Source: Flectonema sp. DT1601
Lineage: Eukaryota
Assembly: GCA_964019425.1 (NCBI GenBank)
Contig: OZ025784.1
Span: 1,302,001-1,366,000 of the forward strand
DNA: 64,000 nucleotides
Direction of reading: 5' to 3'
Below the pieces are notes generated by a model, which was given only the letters and a program-made list of their open reading frames with translations, did no database searches and was not told the origin of the DNA. Each line of letters begins with the position of its first letter. Position 1 is the stretch's first letter. The position numbers were made by a program, and so were the translations under genes. Of this stretch, positions 23,138 through 33,500 are shown in pieces.

Positions 23138-24602
23138 CTTCCTGGCGTTTATGTTTTTGTTTTTAACAACAACACAACACCAACTAACAGGTTTGTCTCA
23201 TTGCCCGTTCTTTCTTGTTTCCCTTTGCCGCCGGAAGAACGAAGGTCGACGGAGGTCCGAAGCATTGCTTGCGATGATGTTCCGGTATGTGTTGCGTCTC
23301 TGTTATTTGTTTGTTTCAACTCAATTGGTTCATCTCAGGTTTTAGAAGTCTTCGTCCTGTTCGTTGGGAAGGGCCTGAATCAAAAGTTCACTGCCCCTAT
23401 TCCTCTCCCAAATTTCTTATTCAGCTTGCCACATGACTGTGTGACATTATTGCTACATTGTAGCTCCCCTACAAAAACCTTATTTTTTGCAGTTGTCTTT
23501 TGGTTGTAGCAACTTTTATTTTATGCTTTTCTAATGTCCCAAAGTTGGTTTATTTTACTTTTTTTTTCTGCAAGGGAACAGTCCAAAGCATAAGTCCGAA
23601 CAGCCCTAAGGCCAGTGAACGCACTGATTGTTAGGTATTGTATTCCAGGGAAAGTTTGGTTTGTATACTTTATTTTTATTTTATTTTATTTAATTTGTTA
23701 AAAGAAAACAGGTAACTTTACATGAGCATCGGCTCGAACGGCTCTGGCGAAGCGAGTGAACGAGTCTGATTGCTGAGTATTGTATTCTGTTTTCTTGTTC
23801 TTTTTTCAATTTATTTCAAACAGGGCAACAGGGGGAAAGTTTGGTTTGTATCCCCTGGGTGTTTAGCGTCACCTGTTGAGGTGTAATGTATTCTGTTTAC
23901 TTCTATCCCTTTGTTTTTTTTTTTTTTTTTTTATTTCAAACAGGACAGCAGGGGGAAAGTTTGTTTCGTACCCCCCGGGTGCTTAGCGTCACCCTCCATG
24001 CGATGCTTGCGCAGGGAGAGCCAAGGGTCGAGAACCCTGGAGATTACCTTTGTTTCTTTTTGTGACTGGATTGCAGTGGCGCAACCCATCACCCCACCTG
24101 TTGGTATCTTTTTATTTTTTTTATTTAAAGAAAAAAGCAGGCTAAGTCGCCTGAGCTGGCATCGCCAGAATATTTAACTTCACATGGCAATGTCAGCTCG
24201 TGAAGGGATCCAGTTGGATCAAAGGTTTTCTCCCCCCCCACTCTATTTATCGTCATTGGTGCGCACCTTCGAACAGGAAGGCCAACACTGACGGAATTTT
24301 TTACTTCTCTTCCCAGGGTTGAACCTTGGGAAAAAAACAAACAATAAACACAGTGTAGACAAACACCCGCCGGACATCTGCAGAGCAGCGATCGATGTCG
24401 ATGTCTTCGTTGTCGAACTTCCTGGCGTTTATGTTTTTGTTTTTAACAACAACACAACACCAACTAACAGGTTTGTCTCATTGCCCGTTCTTTCTTGTTT
24501 CCCTTTGCCGCCGGAAGAACGAAGGTCGACGGAGGTCCGAAGCATTGCTTGCGATGATGTTCCGGTATGTGTTGCGTCTCTGTTATTTGTTTGTTTCAAC
24601 TC
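23138..24602 (+). mobile_element. Non-autonomous element D, left part: 3' fragment 23138-23422 plus a unit starting at 23423 that is interrupted at 24602
   Basis: 23138-23322 repeats at 24418-24602 (period 1280 bp). The continuation ATTGGTTCATCTCAGG... reappears at 63606. Carries the shared CAAAA stem-loop at 23364-23422. Confidence 0.8.
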
Positions 24603-24664
24603 GAATTTCGATAAAGTGGGAAGTAACGGACTGGGAGCTTTTGGCTCCTGCCCTATTCCCGATG
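24603..24664 (-). other. 3'-terminal stem-loop of element A, putative RT recognition signal (also at 36117, 43893, 58279)
   Basis: Sense strand GGGAATA-GGGC-A-GGAGC-CAAAA-GCTCC-CA-GTCC-GTTAC-TTCCC-ACTTTATCGAAATTC-3'; homologous and covarying with the B and D termini. Confidence 0.75.
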
Positions 24665-25046
24665 TAAACTTTCTTTTTTTTTTTTTTTTTTTTTTTAACA
24701 GGCCCAAAGGGCGACAATGATGGTTGCTGACCAAGGAATAATATTCAAATGAATTTTCGTTTCAAAGAAACGAACAGAATTAAGAGAGAGGTAGAGAAAA
24801 AAAAAAAAAAAAAAGAAAGAATAGAAAAAAATATGAAGAGGAAATAATCAAACATGAAAAAAAAAAAAAAATAAAATAAAATATAAATAAAAAACGTTGT
24901 ATGAAAACGGAAAAAAAGAAAAAAAAAGACCAGAAAAGGAAAGAGAAAATGAAAAGGTATAATATTATTGTGGGGATATGAGGATAGCAGGGAGATGCTC
25001 TTTTTTTTTTTTTTTTTTTTTTTTTATTTATTATTTAAAAAAAGGA

Positions 25047-25139
25047 AACAATCAGTTTAGCGTCTCGATCAGGACGGAAAATAGAAATTAATCGACATAG
25101 TCGATCGATAGAAAAAAAAACAATGATAACATTGTTTAT

Positions 25140-25175
<36 letters not shown>

Positions 25176-25290
25176 CTTTTAATTATTTTAAAGAAAAAAC
25201 AATCAGTTTAGCGTCTTGACCAGGACGGAAAATAGAAAGTAATCGACATAGTCGATCGATAGAAAAAAAAACAATGATAACATTGTTTAT

Positions 25291-25326
<36 letters not shown>

Positions 25327-25581
25327 CTTTTAATTATTTTAAAGAAAAAACAATCAGTTTAGCGTCTTGACCAGGACGGAAAATAGAAAGTAATCGACAT
25401 AGTCGATCGATAAAAAAAAAAACAATGATAACATTGTTTATTCCTTTTTTTTTTTTTTTTTTTTTATTCTTTTTATTTATTTTTAAAGAAAAAACAATCA
25501 GTTTAGCGTCCTGACCAGGACGGAAAATTGAAAGTGATCGACATAGTCGATCGATAAAAAAACAATGATAACATTGTTTAT

Positions 25582-25618
<37 letters not shown>

Positions 25619-25730
25619 TTTTAATTATTTTTTAAAGAAAAAACAATCAGTTTAGCGTCTTGACCAGGACGGAAAGTAGAAAGTGATCGACATAGTCGAT
25701 CGATAAAAAACAATGATAACATTGTTTATT

Positions 25731-25762
<32 letters not shown>

Positions 25763-25874
25763 CCTTTTTATTATTTTAAAGAAAAAACAATCAGTTTAGC
25801 GTCTTGACCAGGACGGAAAATAGAAAGTGATCGACATAGTCGATCGATAAAAAAACAATGATAACATTGTTTAT

Positions 25875-25912
<38 letters not shown>

Positions 25913-26166
25913 TTTTAATTATTTTTTAAAGAAAAAACAATCAGTTTAGCGTCTTGACCAGGACGGAAAGTAGAAAGTGATCGACATAGTCGATCGATAA
26001 AAAACAATGATAACATTGTTTATTCTTTTTTTTTTTTTTTTTTTTTTTTTTAATCCTTTTTATTATTTTAAAGAAAAAACAATCAGTTTAGCGTCTTGAC
26101 CAGGACGGAAAATAGAAAGTGATCGACATAGTCGATCGATAAAAAAACAATGATAACATTGTTTAT

Positions 26167-26205
<39 letters not shown>

Positions 26206-28945
26206 TTTTAATTATTTTTTAAAGAAAAAACAATCAGTTTAGCGTCTTGACCAGGACGGAAAGTAGAAAGTGATCGACATAGTCGATCGATAAAAAACAA
26301 TGATAACATTGTTTATTCTTTTTTTTTTTTTTTTTTTTTTTTTAATCCTTTTTATTATTTTAAAGAAAAAACAATCAGTTTAGCGTCTTGACCAGGACGG
26401 AAAATAGAAAGTGATCGACATAGTCGATCGATAAAAAAACAATGATAACATTGTTTATTCTTTTTTTTTTTTTTTTTTTTAAATTCTTTTTATTTATTTT
26501 TAAAGAAAAAAAAAAACGGAAAATAAAAATTAGTCGACAAAGTCGAACGATAAAAAAAAAACAATGATAACATTGTTTATTCTTTTTTTTTTTTGTTTTT
26601 TTTTATATTCTTTTTTATTAATTTTGAAAAAAAACAATCAGTTTAGCGTCTTGACCAGGACGGAAAATAGAAAGTAATCGACATAGTCGATCGATAAAAA
26701 AAAACAATGATAACATTGTTTACTCTTTTTTTTTTTTTTTTTTAAATTCTTTTTATTTATTTTTTAAAAAGAAAAAAAACGGAAAATAGAAATTAGTCAA
26801 CAAAGTCGAACGATAAAAAAAAAAACAATGATAACATTGTTTATTCTTTTTTTTTTATTTTTTTTTTATATTCTTTTTTATTAATTTTGAAAAAAAAAAA
26901 AAAACAATCAGTTTAGCGTCTTGACCAGGACGGAAAATAGAAAGTGATCGACATAGTCGATCGATAAAAAAAAACAATGATAACATTGTTTATTCTTTTT
27001 TTTTATTTTTTTTTTTAATATTTTTTTTTATTTTGAAAAAAAAACAATCAGTTTAGCGTCTTGACCAGGACGGAAAATAGAAAGTAATCGACATAGTCGA
27101 TCGATAAAAAAAACAATGATAACATTGTTTATTCTTTTTTTTTTTTATTTTTTAAATTCTTTTTATTTATTTTTTAAAGAAAAAAAACGGAAAATAGAAA
27201 TTAAGCAACAAAGTCGAACGATAAAAAAAAACAATGATAACATTGTTTATTCTTTTTTTTATTTTTTTTTTTTAATATTTTTTTTTTATTTTGAAAAAAA
27301 AAAACAATCAGTTTAGCGTCTTGACCAGGACGGAAAATAGAAAGTAATCGACATAGTCGATCGATAAAAAAAAACAATGATAACATTGTTTATTCTTTTT
27401 TTTTATTTTAAATTCTTTTTATTTATTTTTTAAAGAAAAAAAAAACGGAAAATAGAAATTAGTCGACAAAGTCGAACGATAAAAAAAAAAACAATGATAA
27501 CATTGTTTATTCTTTTTTTTTTTGTATTTTTTTTAATATTCTTTTTTATTAATTTTGAAAAAAAAAAACAATCAGTTTAGCGTCTTGACCAGGACGGAAA
27601 ATAGAAAGTGATCGACATAGTCGATCGATAAAAAAAAAAAAAAACAATGATAACATGGTTTATTCTTTTTTTTTATTTTAAATTCTTTTTATTTATTTTT
27701 AAAGAAAAAAAAAACGGAAAATAGAAATTAGTCGACAAAGTCGAACGATAAAAAAAACAATGATAACATTGTTTATTCTTTTTTTTGTATTTTTTTATAT
27801 TCTTTTTTATTAATTTTGAAAAAAAAAACAATCAGTTTAGCGTCTTGACCAGGACGGAAAATAGAAAGTGATCGACATAGTCGATCGATAAAAAAACAAT
27901 GATAACATTGTTTATTCTTTTTTTTTATTTTAAATTCTTTTTATTTATTCTTTAAAGAAAAGAAACGGAAAATAGAAATTAGTCGACAAAGTCGAACGAT
28001 AAAAAAAAAACAATGATAACATTGTTTATTCTTTTTTTTTTTTTTTTTTTTATATTCTTTTTTATTAATTTTGAAAAAAAAACAATCAGTTTAGCGTCTT
28101 GACCAGGACGGAAAATAGAAAGTGATCGACATAGTCGATCGATAAAAAAACAATGATAACATTGTTTATTCTTTTTTTTTATTTTAAATTCTTTTTATTT
28201 ATTTTTTAAAGAAAAAAACGGAAAATAGAAATTAGTCAACAAAGTCGAACGATAAAAAAAACAATGATAACATTGTTTATTCTTTTTTTTTTTTTTTTTT
28301 TTTTTTTATATTCTTTTTTATTAATTTTGAAAAAAAAAACAATCAGTTTAGCGTCTTGACCAGGACGGAAAATAGAAAGTGATCGACATAGTCGATCGAT
28401 AAAAAAACAATGATAACATTGTTTATTCTTTTTTATTTATTTTAAATTCTTTTTATTTATTTTTTAAAGAAAAAAAACGGAAAATAGAAATTAGTCAACA
28501 AAGTCGAACAATAAAAAAAAACAATGATAACATTGTTTATTCTTTTTTTTTTTTTTTTTTTTTATATTCTTTTTTATTAATTTTGAAAAAAAAAACAATC
28601 AGTTTAGCGTCTTGACCAGGACGGAAAATAGAAAGTAATCGACATAGTCGATCGATAAAAAAAACAATGATAACATTGTTTATTCTTTTTTTTTTATTTT
28701 AAATTCTTTTTATTTATTATTTAAAGAAAAGAAACGGAAAATAGAAATTAGTCGACAAAGTCGAACGATAAAAAAAAACAATGATAACATTGTTTATTCT
28801 TTTTTTTTTTTTTTTTTATATTCTTTTTATTAATTTTTTAAAAAAAAAAAAAAAACAATCAGTTTAGCTCTTGACCAGGACGGAAAACTGGAAGTAATCG
28901 ACATAGTCGATCGATAAAAAAAACAATGATAACATTGTTTCATCT
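25047..28945. repeat. Satellite 2 inside the 3' UTR of A1 (~110-150-bp units, ~255-bp dimers)
   Basis: Core ACAATCAGTTTAGCGTCTTGACCAGGACGGAAAATAGAAAGTRATCGACATAGTCGATCGAT(A)nCAATGATAACATTGTTTATTC(T)n, alternating distally with a shorter AGTCGACAAAGTCGAACG unit. Confidence 0.95.
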
Positions 28946-30547
28946 TTTATATTTTTTAATTTTTTTTTATATTTGAAGAAAAGAAAGAAGAAAAAAAAAA
29001 AAAAAAAACAAGCGGAATTGATCATAATGGGTGGCAGGGGTTGATATAACTTCATTTGAAAATTCTTCTTTTTTAATTTCTTTTTTTTTGAAATTTTTTT
29101 TTTATTTAACAGGAGTTAAGATCACTTACATGAGTTAACACAACACAGATACGAGAGTAGCAAAATGAGGTAACACTACCAATTCAACAAAAAATAATCA
29201 GGATCGGACACAAGGAGGAGAGTTCATTCTACCTCTCACTGTCCTTGCTGGTATCTTAAGTGTCTTGGTATCTCTTGTGTGTCGGTATCTCGGAAGTGCT
29301 GGTATCTCGTATGTGCGTTGGTATCTCTTGCGTGTTGGTATCTCTTGCACATAATAAAAAAAAATATTGAGTTAACATGATCAGTTTTATTTATCATCAG
29401 AGACAGACCGGAACTATTTGAAAATAAAATGTAGATGGGAAACAGTGAAAATTAAAATGAATGATAAAATTAAATGAGATTTATGACATAACAGACCAGA
29501 TAGAGAGTAATAAAGGGAAAAGGAAAACGGAAAGGGTTCATTCACTTAGTTAAAGTTAAGACCGATTAGTCAGTTTAAGGTCTTGACTAGGACCAACAAA
29601 AAAAAAAAAAAATATAAATAAATAAATAAATAACGATCAAGCTGAGCTGATCTTGTTTTTATTAAAATAAGGGGAGCGGGAGGGATGGAAGGAATAAAGG
29701 AAAAAAAAAGAAAAGGTCGATCAGTTGGATCTGGTCGTCGAGAAGAAGAAGACAATTATTTTAAAGGTCGATCGGCATAGCCGATCGTTGAGAAAAATAA
29801 CCAGATATAAATACAATCAGTTTAAATAAAAAAAAAAAATAAATAAATAAATAAAAAAAGTTTAACGATCAAGCTGAGCTGATCTTGTTTTTATTAAAAT
29901 AAGGGGAGCGGGAGGGATGGAAGGAATAAAGGAAAAAAAAAGAAAAGGTCGATCAATTGGATCTGATCGTCGAGAAGAAGAAAACAATTATTTTTAAAAA
30001 AAAAATGATCGGTATAGCCGATCGTTGAGAAAAGAACAGATATAAATACAATCGGTTTTGGTGATCGACGAGTGGAGCGATCACTTGACAAGAAGGAAAA
30101 AAGAAAGGACCGATTAATTGGGGCTTTGGTTGTATTCCCAAGGCATGTTTTTTTTTTTTTTTTTTTTATTATTCATTTACATTTTTTTTTTTTTTTTTTT
30201 TTTTAAATTAATAATCACATTTTGTTCAAAAATATTTCATATTAGAGTAAAAGAAAAAGAAAAAAAGAAATAAGAGAAAAAAAAAAAAAAACCATTGCTG
30301 GCCCCCTCACCACTCATAGAGGATGAGGAGGCCAGTAAGGCGTCACTCAAATCTATGCCAAGCCTTGGGAACTTGGATTGGGGTTTAGACCATTTATAAT
30401 TAACAATTAACAATTAACCTGATTAACGTTATGATCTGACGGACATAAACATATCGATAAAATAATACAAACAAAAACGAACAATAAATAATAAATAAGC
30501 TAAAAAACTAAATAAACAAAGTGATGTGAAAGTAAGGAAAAAGAGAA

Positions 30548-33500
30548 TTACAAGGGGGTGGAGTCACCGTGAACGTCATCAGCAGAACATCTCCTTCGAT
30601 TGTAACGATATCTTGATGGAGGGGTTCGTTTTTTCAGAGTTGAACGCTCAGACTTTCTCGGCGGAGTTTCATTTTCCTCATGTTCTTCTGTGTCTGGCGG
30701 ACTCAAACCTTCTGCCCATGAAGCTAATTGGAACTTCAGGGCCGCTATTTGAGACCGTGCCAAGGCGAGTTGAGCATTTAAATCGCTCGCCAGTCCCGTT
30801 AACATCATGGATTGCTCAAGCTGCTCTGCGTGAGTTGTACACCGTTGGTGATTCAGCTCCGAGAGGCGAAGTTGGGCATCCAGAAGTTGTTCTGAGAGCT
30901 CTGCCGCTTTCTCGTTTGTTTCGAGAGAGTCATCTACTGCTCGACAGTAGTTCTCGAGTAAGTCAATTCTACCCTCGGACCATTGTCTCGCAATAGGTGT
31001 ATTCTCTTTAACGGAGATAACGTGACTCTCTTGTCGTAAAAACTTGGTCGGCGTGCGGTCGAGAGCTTCACTCTGCGGCATTGTCGGAGGAATTGAGGCT
31101 AGAGGACAAAGAGGGGTGATATAATTAAGGGTAGGGATAAGGGGTTTAATAAGAGGAGTAAAAAGACTACTCGTAGTTGTAAAGAGCGAGAGGTAGTTCT
31201 TTGCTATCTTCATCATAGCAACAGATTCATACAGAACGGGGGTTCGGGGGGAAACTTGTTGACTAAAGTGGGTCATACGGGGACGCGCGGCACGCAAACT
31301 CTCGACCTCCTGTTGAGTATAGAAAAGTCTTATTTTACTTTCTCTTTCCTCATTACATTTGGTCTCCAATTCGTTCGACAGAAGAACAAACCTTTGATGG
31401 TAATTAAAGAGCGCCATTTCCGATAGGTCTGCTCTCTGAGTCAGATTTGCGAGCTCACGTTTCCTGTAATCTTCCACTAAGTCATATTGTCGAACTAGTG
31501 CAGAAAGAGAAGTCTTCGATTCATCGCGTTCTGCTGTTAACCGTTGAATTACTCCTTCCAGAAGTTCATATTCTTTTCTATCTTTTTCAATAATTAAAAC
31601 AGGGGGCGCAGGAGGAAGTGAGGATGGATCCTGGTTGGTAGCTTTGATCTCAACAGGTAATCCATTTAGTAACTGCTTGTCTTTCTCGAGGGAGGCTGAC
31701 ATCGCATTAAAGTAAAATAAAAATAGAACATAAAAAATTCGTTCTTTCATTTGCTCTAATTCGTTTTCTAAAATCTGGCATTTCAAGGAAAGTTTCAGCC
31801 TTAATTTTCCTTCTTTTTTTTTGTACAAGGGGGTTTGAGAACCCATGTCAGATTGAGTTCTTATCACTATAGCGAAATCAGCAGGAAGTGTTTGCGATCC
31901 CGTTGACATGAGTTCAGTTGGGGGAGTCTGGAAAGAGATGGAAGAAATAGAAGAGAATGACAAGGAGAGTCCAGTGAGCTCATCCTCATCTAACAAAACA
32001 GAAGGGGCCGGGGAGGAAGAACCATTGGCAATAAGTAGAATAGAAAGAGCCGATGCGTAACAAGTTTGCCAGATAAAACATTTCTCAAGCCACGATCTTT
32101 CAATGGTGAGCTTTTCGATCGTTTTCAGTTTTGTTACTTTGTGGATTTTGACTTCTTCCACAGGGAAGATTTCTTTACCATCTTTTATAAAACTTGTAGT
32201 GGCAGGTTCTTCTTTAATGCTGCGCATTAGTGGTCTTGAATGCCACGTGGGGAGGTTCCTCGTCTGGAACAGAACATATGAGCACTGTCTGGCGATTCTG
32301 GTGCATTCACAAAATAAAGCTTTTGTTGGTGCTAAAGGTGAACCGATGTGACGTGTCCAGATGTTCAGCTGGTCCATGCAGATGTTTCCTCGTACGCCAA
32401 CTTCAATAGTAAAAATGTTACAGTCGAAGCCATTAGCGATGATCGAGTCTCTTAGCTTTAGGTATTTCTTTTCCTTTAAGACATGAGAGGTTTCGAAACG
32501 ATCTTCATTTGGACACGTCAGCTCCAGAATCAGTGCTCTTTTCGCAAAAAAAGAATAAATAAAAATGTCTGGTCTTAGAGAGGACGAGACATGGCACACT
32601 TCAAGAGGAACAATTAGGCGGTTATCACCGACATCGTCGAGGATGACCCAATCATTCGCTAGTGAAAGTTCGCCTGTCTCTTTAGAAATTCTTTCTAGGG
32701 GTTTATTTTCCCCTGTTTTTAAAAAAGTTTGAGAGGGAGGCGGGAGGTTTTCTTTTCTTTTGTTGGCTTTTATTATCAACTCTTCCAAGAAGATAACAAT
32801 GCGTTTTAGAACGCTGTCGTGACGCCACGTGAACCTCCCTTGTGTTAAAGAGACAGGACAGCCTGTTAAGACATGCCTGAGGGTAGGATTCACTTTGCCA
32901 CACAAAACACAATTTTGGTCCACATTGGTGATGTTCCACCTCTTTAAATTATCTTGTGAGGGGAGGGTGTTTGTAACCGCTTTCAGTTGAAATGAGATAT
33001 AGGCAGGATTTCCCTCCCTAAGTACCTTATTCCAGGTGAAGTCGTTTATCATACATTTAGACCACTCCTTCCACTGACCTTGGACTTGTAATTTATTCAA
33101 AGAGTTCAGTAGTTCATCTGTGGCTTCCACTTCAAAACGCTTAAGGAGATCGGGGCGAGTAGTACGTAGATCGCGCAATCGGTGACCAAGACCAGCTGAT
33201 TGCTTCGCAAGAGAACGGTAAGAAAAAAACTTAATAAGGCGCTCCCACTCAGCAGAAGCTGAAAACTTTTTCGACCAGTTGGACGATTTCTCCATAATAA
33301 CATTGTAGACACCGTGCATGTCAGAGTCCTGTGAGGACCTGAGGATGTCTAGTTTAATTGATTGCGCTTGTTTATATAGCGTCTCAACTCTTTTGTGTCT
33401 GAGACCAACAGTGTTCTTTGAACCGGTAAAAAGGATGACTGTGTTCGCAGAGCGGACAAATCCCCACCATTTCTTCAAAAAAGGTTTAATAATTTTGTCC

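Noticed and set aside
19938..23166. Lys/Gln-rich and hydrophobic repetitive ORFs
   Set aside because: Translations of satellite 1 in several overlapping frames on both strands.
24595..24602. TTCAACTC next to the A1 end equals the B terminal octamer, suggesting a specific target
   Set aside because: It is internal D sequence (also at 23315-23322), and the other five target sites lack it.
25047..28945. CRISPR array (palindromic regular repeats)
   Set aside because: Intervening sequences are repeated A/T tracts, not unique spacers; no cas genes; eukaryotic context.
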